Made by a program: the position numbers and the translations under genes | Shown: piece after piece, positions 16,295-30,399 of the stretch | How positions within the stretch are numbered: the stretch's first letter is position 1 | Layout: each line of letters begins with the position of its first letter | From: the human T2T-CHM13v2.0 reference genome, Homo sapiens | NCBI RefSeq assembly: GCF_009914755.1 | Contig: NC_060934.1 | Strand: one strand, 5' to 3' | DNA: 64,000 bases | Notes under the pieces: model-generated | Database searches by the model: none | Seen by the model: the letters and a program-made list of their open reading frames with translations, nothing else | What the model was told of the DNA's origin: nothing

Positions 16295-17247
16295 TGATAG
16301 GGACAGGGGACAGAGAAATTCTATGCAGAAAAGGGAGGGTCCCTGGCAAAACCCCACCCTCAAGCTGAAAAGCTTGAAACCACAGCCCAAAGTGATAACT
16401 TCTATACCTGTTTTCCTGCTCAATGTTGCCTTTTCCTAAACCACACATGGCCCTGCTCTGCCCCATCCTGTGCCTATAAAAACCCCAGGCTCACCCGGTA
16501 GATGGGACTACAGCTGGATGTCGAAGAGAAGTGGTTTGACTTCAGAAGGACAGCTTGACGGCCTAACTCCAGAGAAGAATCTGGCTGGTGATGGCCAGAC
16601 TTCAGGGAAAGATTTCCTACCTGCCCAGTCCCCTTTTCAGCTCCCCTTCCCACTGTGACCCTCTTTCGTTGGCAATAAAATTTCCCACATTTGCCATCCT
16701 TCAATTCATTCATGTGACCTCATTTTTCCTGGATGCTAGACAAGAGCTTGGGAGCCACTAGTGTGGATACAAAAGGCTGTCACACTGGCCCTCTGCCCTT
16801 GCTGGTGGAGGGCAGCCACCTCATGCAAAAAGGCAAAGGGCCCACTGAGCTGTTAACACTTAAGCAATCCATGGATGGCAGAGCTAAAAGAGCACTGTAA
16901 CATATTCTCTGGGGCTTTGGGGGTTGCAGGCAGCCCCATCTGAATGCTGCTGTGGGGCCTGCATAGGGTTTGCTCCTGCTAGAGCCCAAAAGTGGCCACT
17001 CTGATGCCCGCACCCACTCACCTGTGTGCTCCCTCCCACAACAGGTGGAAAGTAACAGGTCCGAGTGAGTGGAGTTTGATCATGCCAGTGCCAAAGCGAC
17101 TGGCTAGTTCCAGTGCTTGTTCACTCCAGTTCCTGCACTCATTTGCTCCTGCGTTCCATCCATCAAGGAGTTGAGAGTGGTGGGCTGAGTAAATGAGGCA
17201 CCCCTGTCGTGAGTCTCGCAAAGGGGTCAAGGAAATATCCTGTGTCA
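16295..17247 (+). mobile_element. ERV1 solo LTR (LTR1/LTR27/LTR28 group)
   Basis: TG...CA termini; tgatagggacaggggacagagaaattct...accccaccctcaagc; TATA-like cctataaaaa at ~16473; AATAAA at ~16674. Confidence 0.8.
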
Positions 17248-17249
17248 CC

Positions 17250-19790
17250 ATATCCCCCCCTCCTCCTACTTTCTCTGCTTTTAACTGAGCACTTTACATG
17301 ATTCCATTTTCTCTCTTCTCTTAAAATATCATTTATATATATATATATTTTTTACTTTTTCAGTGGTTTCCCTAGAGCTTGCAGTATATATTTACAATTA
17401 ATTTAAGTCCCCTTTTGAATAACACTATACCACCCCACAGGTAATGCAAGCAACTTATAACAAAGAATTCCTACTTCCTCTTTCCTGTTTCTTATAACAT
17501 TGCTGCTACTTCTTTTATTTATCCATATCCTATAATTACCCAATATGTTGTTACTATTACCACTCTGAATACTAGATCAACTAAGACAAAAATTATTTTA
17601 CCTTCATTTATTCCTTCTCTGATGCTCTTTTTTAAAATGATTTTTAATTTCTTTTCATTTTTGTGGGTACATAGGTGCATATATTTATGGGGTACATGAG
17701 GTTGTACAGGCATGGAATGCATAATAATCACATCATGGGAGTGGGGTATCCATCCCCCAAACATTTACCCTTTGAGGTAAAAATGATCCTGTTATACCCT
17801 TTAAGTTATTTTAGAATGTACAATTAAGTTATTATTGACTATAGTCACCATATTGTGCTATCAAATAGTAGGTCTTATTCATTCTTTCTATTATTTTTTT
17901 CTTTCTTTATGCACATCCAAATTTACGACCAACATTCTTTCCTTCTTCCTGAAAACTTTTGACAGTCCAGGTCTACTGATGAATTTCCTTAGCTTTTGTT
18001 TATCCAAAAACATCTTTAATTCTCCTTTACTTGTAGAGGATAATCCCACTGGATACAGAATTCTTGATCCGTGGTCTTTTTCTTTTGACCCTTTTAAATA
18101 TTTTATTTCACTCTCTTCTTCCTTGCATGGCTTCTGACAAGAAGTTGCATGTGATTATTATCCTTTATCTCCTACAGGTAAAGTGTGTTTTTTTTTTTCT
18201 CCATTTCTTTCAATATTTTCTTTTTGTCTTTGGTTTTCTGTAGCTTGAAAATTAAATGCCTAGGAACAGATTTTTTGATATTTATCCTACTTGGTGTTTG
18301 CTGGGCTTCCTGGACCTGTTGTTTAGTGTATACCATTAATTTTGGAAACTTTTCAGCCATGATTACTTCAAAACTTCTTCTCTTTCTTTTCCTTCTGGTA
18401 CTCCAATTATATAAGTGTTACACCACTTGAAATTGTCCCAACGTTCCTGGATTTTCTGTTCTGTTTGTTCCACTCTTTTTTCTCCCCATTTCAGTTTGTG
18501 AAATTTTATTGACATTATCTTCAAGCTCATTAACTATTTCCTCAGATGTATCCAATCTCCTGAGGATCCCATCAAAGGTATTCTGCATTTCTGCTACAGT
18601 TTTTTAAATTTCTAACATTTCCTTTTTATTCTTTTCAGTTTTCATCTTTCTGCTTATGTCAGATTCATTAGTTCTTGCATGTTGTCTGCTTTTACTGGTA
18701 CAGCCCTAGCATATGAACTATATTTTAAATTCCCTGATGATTTCAAATTTGTGTCATATCTGATTCTGACATTTGCTTTGTCTCTTCAAAATTTGTCTTT
18801 CTTTTTAGCACATCTTGTAATTATTTTGTTGTTAAAAGCCAGATGTAATGGGTACTGAGGTGAATACATCTTTAGTGTGATGTTTTATGTTAATCTGGCT
18901 AGAAGTTGGACTGGGTTAATGTTTGCTGTAACTGAAGGTGTCAGAGACTCCAGTTTTCTCTAGGGTCCTTATTTTTGCCTCTTCTGTAGTCTTTAAATTT
19001 CCCTAAAGACTCCTTCTTAAATAAAGTCTGTGCCTTATAGCTCTTTCAGCTGCAATCCACTGTTATGATTTTGGAACCCTGTTGATTTGGTGGTAAAGTG
19101 TGGAAGAAAGCAAGCCTTCTCTAATCTCATGATTAAATCCCAGTCTTTTTGGAGGCCTATGTCCCTAGGATGTGAGCTTCACAAGTGTGTCTTAACTGTA
19201 ATCTACAATTAGTTAAGACAGGAAGTCTAGAGGGAAGTCTAGAGGGTGCTGAAGTTGGGTAACTGCCTTCCTCCCAGGGGTGAATAAGCCTCTGAAAGTC
19301 TTTTCCCATAAGCAGTGGGCCTTTGTTGCAGCAAATGCTCTGGGTATACTTCGAAGTGGTCATTTCTCCCCATCTCTCCCCCAGAAACATGAAAGAGATT
19401 TTCTTGGCTATTCATCATAAGAACCTATTGGGGTCCCTGGAGATAAAAGTCATAAAAGTGTGCTTCTCCTCCAAGAATGTGGTCTCTGGAAGTTTTCTAT
19501 TCTCATGCTAGTTCATAGTCAGCCTTTAGCAAGTTGTCAAAATGATCATTTTAGTGTTCCTACTGGTTTATGGCTTCAGTGGCTTCTACTCCAGATAAGC
19601 TGATTTCACTGTGATTCTCTGCATTCTCCTGTCGTTGCAGATCGGGGTGGTGATTTGCTCTACAATCTCAGGTCCCTAATAGATCCAAGAAAAGTCCTTG
19701 ATTTTCAGATTATTCCACTTATATCTTGTTGTGAGGATGGGAGTGAGGACATCCAAACTCTTGACTTGTCAGAGCTGAAATCAGAAGTTG
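17250..19790 (-). mobile_element. old L1M (MC/MD-type) 5'/ORF1 region, antisense
   Basis: Minus ORF 18172-18360 (AEKFPKL...QEAQQTPSRIN..KSVPRHLIFKLQKTKDKKKILK) is ORF1p-like. Confidence 0.8.
17630..17900 (-). mobile_element. L1MA2/3-like 3' end nested in older L1
   Basis: ttgtgggtacataggtg...atttatggggtacatgag...attgactatagtcacc...tgtgctatcaaatagtaggtcttattc. Confidence 0.8.
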
Positions 19791-21284
19791 AACATATGCT
19801 TTTTAAGCTCCTGGTGCCCTGAAAACCAAAAAGCCTTCCCTCTTCAACCCTATCTCAGAGTATTTTCAGCTGCATGCTGCCTGCTCTTTCTGCCTCCCCT
19901 CTGAGCCTCTCTCAACTACAGCTCAGCTCCGGGACCATGCTACAGCAGAGTGACAGAAAAGGCACTTAGAGAGGTTGTGCATTCTGTCCACCTCATCCTC
20001 AGCCAGTTGTCCTGGAGAGAACTCCTCTCCACTGGATTAGCCTATCTATCCTCTACACAATGGACAGAGCTGTCCTAGTTGAGGAGGAACAAGTGTGCAT
20101 TGATGCTTTTCAACTCCATTTTCAGTGCCAGCACCCAGGATGCTTACTGCCCTCATCCTACTTGGGATGCCCTCACATTAAACCCTACACAGACTAGCAG
20201 CCCAAATAAAATTTGGGGTTTAGATCTCTACAATCATTGTGTTAAAAAGCCTCTGAGACAAAAGTCTCCCAATAGAAACAATTAAAATAACATCAAGTTG
20301 TTTGAAATTGAAAGGCCATAAGCAAAGGGCATTTTAGAAAGTGTAAGACCGAGATCTTGGGCATCATCGTAACTATAATTTTGTCAGCTATATGAAGCAT
20401 AGACATAAGAAAGCTTAAGTAATACAACCCAATGGAGAGTTCAAGTGGAGAAAATTGAAAAAGATATTAAATGTACTTAAGATTACATTAACTAAATGAG
20501 TCACTTAGAAGTAATAGTAATAAACATTCAGAAGAAGGAGCAATTGCTTCAATCTGGGGATGATCAGTAACACTAGATAATCTTGCAACAACCTTCTGAG
20601 TTTCACTACAAGCCCCTAGAAGAATATCAAGAATGCTAGAGAATTCCAGTGGGTAAAGTGAGGGTAACAATGACTTTATTATTCTTGATGTTCTCAAAGA
20701 ATTCCAGACAAACTGGATATGTCAGCTTCATAATTGACTCCAGTTCTTAGTATACTTGGAGAGTCAGATGTGTGATAGAAATGTCCATTCCCTTCAGGTC
20801 CAGTCAGCAAGTGACAGGGACAGTGCATTTTGTTCCCAAATGACTTGCTAGCCTCATAACTCCTTCCAGAATTCAGAAGTCTTGTTGTTTTATCTACAAA
20901 GTTGTGCCTGTGTTGGAGGTATTCACAATTCTTATAGGCTCATTTTTCGTTTGTGTGTTAGGAAAACTGATTCAGGGAACCATTTAGCAGAATCTGTTAC
21001 AGAAATTATAGGCTATTTCGCCACTGAAGAAGCATCACCGCTCTGGAGTCTTTGAAAAGACCTAGAGCTTTTGCTTTATAACTAACTTTTTTAAAAATTA
21101 AATGGCCATCAACTTTTATTGCTATCATTATAAGCCACAACATTGCACCAAGGTTATGTTTGGCCCTTTATAGATATGTGAATAATTCTGGCTCTGCCTT
21201 TTGGGAGGATCTCATTATCTTTCTCTCTCTGTTAAAGCTGAGATGTGAATGGCTGAAAGACCTGAGAAAAATATACTGCTTTGG

Positions 21285-21510
21285 TATCTCAAGATCCATC
21301 CTAAATACCACTTCATCTATGAAATGATCCATCTTTTAACTCTTGTAGCACTTTGCATATTTTCCTATTGATTCACATCTACTTCACAGTAACCTGCTTA
21401 TGTGAATACCCATTAAACTGTTGAGAGATTTGATGGTCCTGTTCTCCCTTGCACCTCCAAGCCAAGCACTGTGTCTCAAAAATAGAAGTACTCAGTTAAT
21501 GTTGAATGAA
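21285..21510 (+). mobile_element. L2 3' end fragment
   Basis: ctaaataccacttc...tagcactttg...aagtactcagttaatgttgaatgaa. Confidence 0.6.
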
Positions 21511-22500
21511 CACACTTGAACGTGTCCCTTCCAATTATTTGCTTAAATTTGACGCACAGCTGTTTTTCCCTCCTGTATCTTCACCACACATGCAACTGCA
21601 GTTAGCACAGAAATGCAAGAAGCCAGGCTGAGCGTGGCCTGGCTGCGGCTCGCTGAGGCTGGCCAGTGCAGGTGGGAGGGTAAAGTGGAGAGTGTCTGAA
21701 CCCACTCTATGGAGTCACACTGGGGTCAGGAAGATCCAGGGAGATTATTAGTGCACAGTGCATCAATACTTGATCTTGTAGTTCCCTTTCTAATTCTTCA
21801 GATGTTCCAAATTTTCTCTAGGAACCACCTTTCAGTTTTATGATTGAACAAATATCAAAAATTTTCACAATAAACTTTTTGTATGAAATAAAATCAAATT
21901 TCCAAAGAACAAACTTTACAATATGGTGACCACTGTACAGCTCAGCCTGCCTCTAGAGTATTTTTTATGATGTTTTAAACTTTGACAAGTTACATAACCA
22001 AAATAAAGGTGTGGCTTCCCAAAGTGACTACGTTAAATGAACAACACTCATCCATTATATGCTGTAATTCTTAAATATTGCTAGAATGCTATATAATTAT
22101 ATATCTTGAAAACAATCTGGAGAAACCACCTTAATACATTTGAAACAGTAAGAGCAATGCAAAACAATATTTAAAGTATTAAATTAATTGGTGATGGCAG
22201 TACTTGTTAAAGAAGTTGAGACTTCAGGATAAACCCTAGAAGAATTTACGATTTGCCCCTTGGGGCTTCATGCATCTCCACACATGTCTGAATGGTAACA
22301 AAGGCCAAGTAGACAAGCTTCCTTGGATTGGGAATCAAACAGGGAAGTGTGCTGTAGAGTGCAAAGACATATTGTTTTCATCAGTGTGTCGCTTTTAAAC
22401 TTGTGATATAAAAAAGCAGGGATGGGGAGGGAGTTAATTAACTGACTTGTTACCTGACTGTTACCAAGCAACTTGTTAGCTGCTTGCCCATATCAGGGAT

Positions 22501-22848
22501 GACTATTATCTCACTCTTTTCAACTTTCAGATCTTCCCCTCCTTAAAATGGAGGGCTATTTTCCCCATCTGTGGTTTTCAACTGTTATTCCCCTGAAAGA
22601 CGCAAACACAAACTGATTTATAATAATCCAAATCTTAGTTAAAAAGACAGAATACACTTTCAAATTTTACCTCACAGTGCCATCAAACAATGAATGGGAA
22701 CAAAGTGATCACACTGTGGACTAAGAATGTGGGATAAAGTTTCCTGAAAGAAGCAAGTCTTGGGATTAGCCAATTATGAAGAATGTGGATAAGTGGTTAA
22801 AGTCAGTGTTTAAGAACAAAATTATTGATCGAATGTTTCTAAAGTAGG
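22501..22848 (+). repeat. copy A of a diverged ~350-bp local direct duplication, flanked by a 17-bp direct repeat
   Basis: Colinear with 23784-24133 (about 21 mismatches in the first ~128 bp, counted by eye); flanks ttgcccatatcagggat (22484-22500) and ttgcccctatcaggcat (22849-22865). Confidence 0.9.
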
Positions 22849-23783
22849 TTGCCCCTATCAGGCATAGCTCCCTTATCTATGTTTTTAGGATGGATATTTC
22901 AGTGTACAAGTCAGGTCAAAGTGGTCCCCTACACTTCCCTCTAGCCTTTACCAAGACAATGCTAGACAACACACATGTATTACATACCCTGTTTCACAGG
23001 CCACTGACAAAGATATATTCATTCCAAAAGTCTCAGGAGTAGAATTTTGAGCTGGCATAGTGTGTCTGTCTTGAGGAGCAAACACACTGAGATTGTTTGC
23101 ATCCGTTAGCCAAAAGGTGGGATATAACTGAAAGATCCCTGAAAAAGATGCACCTTTTATTACTTCCCTGAAAAACAGATGATGAATATGGTTCATCATT
23201 TTTGATGCTATGGGATAGCATCATTCTTTGCTATTCCATATTTGCAGGGATAGCAAATTATGGGTAACGTTTAATTATAATTTCATTATTTTAAAGGGCA
23301 GAACCCCTTTATTCACTAAGAGCAATATAAAAAACTGTTGATAAAGGGACTATCTGCTGAGAATTTCTAAATATTAAATGGTTCACCTGTGGTAATACAT
23401 ATGACAGTATTCTACGGAAGTTACACACAGACATTGGTATAAATGATAGGTAAGAGTCATAATTTGCTCATTCTTTGTGTTTCCAGCGAGAAAGGGCAAG
23501 AAATTATTAGAAGAGAATTGAGGAGACTCAAGCCTACAGAAGGAATTTTACTAAGAGATCCCTGATCTTTCTAGAACACTCCCATAGAGATAGGTTCCAA
23601 AGGCATGTAAGTAGCAGTTTACATTGGGTAGCCATTTTTCATTCCTGACTCCTGGCCTTTCTTGGAGGTTTGACCCGCCAGTTCTATGATGGTCATACGG
23701 GTCCCCATTAAGCTGAACACATAAACTTAGCTGTTCTCATACAGTATCAATTCCATCAGGAAACAAGAGTCCACTAACCCACT

Positions 23784-24133
23784 GACTAGTGTCTCATTCT
23801 TTTCAACTTTCAGAACTTCCCCTTCTTAAAATTGAGGGACATTTTCCCTATCTATATTTTTCAGCAGTTATTCCCCTAATGGATACAAGCACAAACTGAC
23901 TTGTAATCATCCAAATCTTATTTTTTTCAGGCAAAGTATACTTTCAAATTTTTATCTCATAGTGCCATAAAACAATGAAAGGAAACAAAGTGAGTATACT
24001 GTGGACTAACAAGGTGGGAAAAATTTTCACAAAAGGAGTAAGTCTTGAGATTAGCAAATTATAAAGACTGTGGATAAGTGATTAAGATCAGTGTTTAAGA
24101 AAAAATTTATTGTTCAAATGATTCTAAGGTAGG
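23784..24133 (+). repeat. copy B (probable donor) of the local duplication
   Basis: Shared blocks such as cttttcaactttcaga, gttattcccct, cacaaactga, ctgtggactaa, tgtggataagtg, tcagtgtttaagaa. Confidence 0.9.
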
Positions 24134-25435
24134 TGGAATTTCTATGCCAGAAACTACTCCGTTTTGAATTAGATCTAAATATATATTTTCCATTCTACAC
24201 AGGCTTTGAGAAAATGACAATGAACATATACAATAGTGGGTTTCTAGCAGAAGGGAAGAGATGCTGCGTTTGCTAAACCTACCATCTAAAATACACATCC
24301 ACACGAATACCAAAAGATTTTCACATCAAATATAATCCAGTGAATATTAAATCACCATATACTTGCCATAGTAAGACTTTATGATGTTATTAGCTGCATA
24401 TTCATTTAATGGCTTAGAAACAACCAGCTTATTCTACTTTACAATTTTAGCTTGAGCCATTCTGAGCATATTAATGTAAAAATTGTGCTTACTCACCTAT
24501 GAAAAAGTTACTGACAACTGCCAAATGTATTTTTAGAAAATTCTCTTTCTGAAATTTCCCAATTGCTAATCAAGGTCAGATTGTAAAGACTACAACTTTT
24601 CTAGCCATTCTCTCAAGTCCCCAGTAGCAAAGTCAGTAACTGGGCACTCTCACAGTATAACTGAATCCTGTCTTTTATTTAGAATATTCTTCCCCTCTTG
24701 GCATTTGAGTCTGGTGGTGCTGGTGCATTTAAATAAAGTCTTGCACACATAAAAAACAAATTTTTGTTCTATAATAACCATCTGTGTTCGGTTCACTTAC
24801 AAAGGAGGCTAAGACTATGATGATACTACCTTCATTTTGTGAAGACTTTGAAACTCATTGAACTATTTTTGGTGGTACAAATTATAACTGCCAATTCACT
24901 GAAGCTACCTAGGCACTAACAGACTGAAGAAAAAAAGCGATCAATTATCCACTGAAATCAATGTGTGATGACTAAGAAAAATCTTTCAGTTTCCAAACAT
25001 TTCCCAAATGTTCCACTCCCACTTCCTCATCTACTCAAAGCTTACCAATCATCAGTGGGCTATCTCTAATCTCATGTGATCCATACAAATCTTCTCTTTA
25101 AATTTTTATTTCACATGCATTGCACTGTATTTTAAATCTTACTACCTCTTTCTCAGGCATGAAGAATTCCATCACTAGGTTGGTTCCCAAGGGACATTTG
25201 CTGGAAAGTTGGTTAACCTTTGAATTGCATGTAAATCAAGCCAACAGCTCCTGGTCTAAAAACATTTAGAAGTTAAAGAAAACATCCTTCATAAAGAGCA
25301 GACACAGATGTAAAGCAAGCAGGAAAGCCCTGTGTGCTTGAGAACACAATTTTAGAGATTTTGGATTATCTAGTACAGACACATTCTTTGCAAGGGGCAG
25401 GGGTGGGAGGATATTGGGAGAAAATGTGGCTGGAA

Positions 25436-25636
25436 TTTTTTTCAGCTTTGTTAAAGTATAATTGACAAAAAATTTACATATTCAAGACATACAGCATGAT
25501 TTGATATACATTTATGTTGTGAAATGACTGTCACATAAAATTAACTTCAATCACCACACAAATACCTCTTGTGCGTGTGTGGAGGAGGGTGAGGACACTT
25601 AAGATCTACTCCCGTAGCAAATTTAAAGAAAATAAT
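25436..25636 (-). mobile_element. L1MA9/10-like 3' end
   Basis: cagctttgttaaagtataattgaca...gtgaggacacttaagatctactc...agcaaattt. Confidence 0.8.
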
Positions 25637-25677
25637 TTTAAATAAAATAAAAAATAAAAAATTTGAAAAGACATTCA

Positions 25678-26014
<337 letters not shown>

Positions 26015-26930
26015 TCAACATCGCTAACCATAAAGGAAATGCAAATCAAAACCACAATAACATATCATCTCACCCCAGTTAGAATGGCTATTATCAAAAA
26101 AACAAAAAATAACAGATGCTGGTGAAGATGCAGAGAAAAGCTAACTCCTGTTCTGTATGTTGTGGGTGGAAATGTAAATTCGTGTAGCCACTATGGAAAA
26201 CAGTATGGAGGTTTCTCAAAAAGCTAAAAATAGAACTACAATATAATCCAGTAGTCTCACTACTGAGTATTTACCCAAAGAAAATAAATCAACGTATCAA
26301 AGGAATACCTGTACTCACCCCTGTTCATTGCACCACTACTCATAATAGCCAAGACACAGATACAGAACCAACCAAGTGTTCATCAACAGATGAATGGATA
26401 AAGAAAATGTGGCACACACACATACACACACATATACACACACACACACATATGTATACATATACATACAATGGAATACTATTCAGCCATAGGAAAAATG
26501 GAAATCCTGTCATTCAGGGCAATATTGATAAGCCTGGAGGACATTATGTTAAGTAAAATAAGTCAGCCACTCATATGTGAGAGTTTAAAAAATAAAAAAG
26601 ATGTCATAGAAGTAGAGAGTAGAATTATTGATAGTAGAGGATGGGAAGGGTAGGGGGAGGGGAGGATGAAGAGAGATTGGCTAATAGATAGTAAATTACA
26701 GCTAGATGGGAGGAGTGAGTTCTGGCGTTCTGCAGCACTGTAGGATGAATATGGTTAAATACAATTTATTGTGTATTTTCAAAAACCTAAAAGAGAGAAT
26801 TTTGAGTGTTCACAATGCAAAGGAACGTTAAATGTTTGAGGTGATGGATATGCTAACTATCATGATTGGATCATTAAATATTGTATACACATATCAAATA
26901 TCACTCTTTCTCCCATAAATATGTACAATT

Positions 26931-27219
26931 TTTTTGAGACAGGGTCTCACTCTGTTGCACAGGCTGGAGTGCAGTGGCATGATCACAGCTCACTGCAGCC
27001 TTGACCTCCCCTACCTCAGGTAATCCTCCTACCTCAGCCTGCAGAGTAGCTGGGACCACAGGCATGCACCACCACACAGGGATAATTTTTGTAATTTTTT
27101 GTACAGATGGGGTTTTGCCCTGTTGCCCAGACTGGTCTTGAACTCCTGGGGTCAAGCAATACTTCCATCTTAGCCTCCCAAAGTGCTAGGATTACAGGCG
27201 TGGGCCACCGTGCACAGCC
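26931..27219 (-). mobile_element. AluJ
   Basis: gagacagggtctcac...gcagccttgacctcc; TSD aatatgtacaatt. Confidence 0.95.
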
Positions 27220-27984
27220 AATATGTACAATTATTTGTCAACTAAAAAGAAAAAATAATCAATACAGTATTAACTATTACTTATGTATTATGTGATTATG
27301 TATATTATTAATTGCATATTATTAGTGAGAACCATTGTCTCTGAGGCTTTTCTTCATGCTATCTGAAAGAGAGAGAGAATTGCAGAAAGAATCACAGAAG
27401 AACAGAACCTGAGTTCAAGGTAAAGTGACAGAAAAGTTTCTATTAATATCTCAAAAATAATGAACCAAAACAATCCTGGTATCTTTTATGTCAAGATTAA
27501 TAAGAAAAGACAAAATCAAGGAAACAGGAAAGAAATGAAGTTGACAGTAGTTAAACATGGCAGTTGTCTAATGATATCCTAGGGCTGTTGACTTTCCAAA
27601 TTTGCTCTATATTTGAAGGTCAAGTATGATTTCATAAAACAAGTCTTTATTGCACATACAATATTTAATGGAGAAAAATATTTTTCTTCTCCCCCCTCAC
27701 CCTGCAAGGCACACACACTGACTAAGGACCAGAGAAGAGTGGTAAAGGACAAAGAGCTTCAGGACAGATTCCCAGATTAGTTTCAAAATTCCTTTCCTTT
27801 ATATCATGTAATACTATGTCCCCTGCTAACAGCATATCCCAAATATAGGAAACAAGAGGGAAGTAAATCCTTTTTGGGGAGCCTGATTTGCAGAATTAAG
27901 TCATAGAATGATATCACCTGCAGCTCTTGGTACATAAATTGTTATGGACTATTATGCATTGACGTCTAATGTCTTATGGGTACA

Positions 27985-28125
27985 GTTCTTGTCTCCCAAT
28001 AAGCTCAAATTTCATGAGTGTTAGGGCAATGTTCCATAGCACTTACAAAGCCCTATTTATATACAACACAATCTTAATGACATGATAACCACTTAATACA
28101 TACTTATTGAATTAAACTGAATTGA
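27985..28125 (+). mobile_element. L2 3' end fragment
   Basis: cttgtctcccaa...catgag...acttaatacatacttattgaattaaactgaattga. Confidence 0.5.
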
Positions 28126-29764
28126 TCAAGCTAAATTTAATAAGTAACAAGAAATAAAAGGGAAAATGTAATTTTAACTTAGGAAAAAAGTCCCCCAGAT
28201 GTCCCCTATCACTCCTCTCTCCTCCCCACTCCCCACACTCAGCACCACTGTAGCGATTTTACTTCTAGAATGATTGAGAAAATTCTTATGCATATATTCA
28301 GAAATTCCTTGCAAGGATATCTAACCCATCCTGCATGTCCCCACTGCTCGCTGCCAACTTTGGGCCTGGGGATGCTGCCAGCATTCCAAGATTCCTGTGG
28401 GGAGGCCCTTTGAAGGTGGCATTTCCTTCCCAGCCTCAATACTGCCCCTGGGTCCTGGGACAGGGAGAGCCAGGCCTCTCTAGAGTTGCCTGGAGTCTTG
28501 GAGAATTAAGGTCTCCTCTCAACCTCTACCCCCAAGACCTAAGCAGCCAGCCTACTGCCTGATGCGTGTGCACATTCTCATCCACTCCATGACTTCTGTC
28601 CATCCACTCTCCTGTATCTGTGTGGCTTCCCGTCCAGGTGTCTGTGTGTCCGTGTATCTGTCTCCTTATGCATGTGGCTTGTGGAGACACCGTGGCGTGC
28701 ATATAGGGATAGAGCTAGCCTTGTGGCATCAGAGAGGTGCCTCTCCCTGCCTGTGGTCTGATGTGAAGGAGATATACTGAGAAGTGCTAGAATAATTTTG
28801 GGAGCATATTTTAAGAATAGATCAATTGGAGATGATAACTAAAGTTTTCCAAGGTATCTTTGAACTTCTTGCAGGGGAACATTTAGAAAGTTGTAGAAGC
28901 AGCATATGTGATCAGGGATAAATTAGTAAAGGAATAGAAAATTATAAGAGCAATAGGAGAATTGAGCTGGACTTTACCAACTGCTGACAATTGTCCAAGG
29001 ATCACCAGGAGAACTGATTTGCATGCTGTGATGTTAGCTGACGTTCTTTGTTGTAGTTCTTTGTGTCTCCCCATGCACTCTTGCATAGTTTAGAGTCCTT
29101 GAAATATTTTTTCTCATCCACAATAAAAATAGCTCTTTTTTGAAGATTCAATGACTACACATTCATTATACACAACTCACACCCTAGATCAAGCAATTTT
29201 AAAAAGTAAAAATGGCCTGAAATCCCACTGACCTGATATAAATCAATATCATTTTAGTCATGTGTTTCTTGACCACTTGATCTTCTATGATTTATTCATA
29301 ACCTTGACAATTTTTATTGTCTTTTCCTTATCAGTTTGTAAGCACTATCTGTAGAGTACTAATAATATTTTTGTCTATTGCCTTGCAAATATTTTTAGTT
29401 TTGCTATATGAATGTTTTTATATTTATAGTATCTATATAAATATATAGCTATATGTTTTGTGTGCTTGGTACTTTTGCCATATAAAAGCTGTTATATTTA
29501 TACAGTACAGTGCATCTGACCTTTTTAAAAAATATCTTTTGGATCTGTTGCAGGGAGACAAGCTTTCTGGAATACTGTTAAGCTGCAGGCAGTAGAGTTG
29601 GGTACAGCTCTTGAAGACCTGTATTTCTTTGCTCTTAAACATCTTGAAATACCACCTTCACATATACACCAATACTTATTTTTTATTTGAAATAATCACA
29701 GAGATCATATAAAAATTGTGATCTTTTCCATAGCTATTAAATACTACTAAAAAAGACACTGATA

Positions 29765-30399
<635 letters not shown>

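Noticed and set aside
24817-24902. ATGATGA...CTGA as a C/D box snoRNA (also 44654-44718)
   Set aside because: No proper terminal stem or recognisable rRNA guide; the second candidate overlaps an L2 tail.
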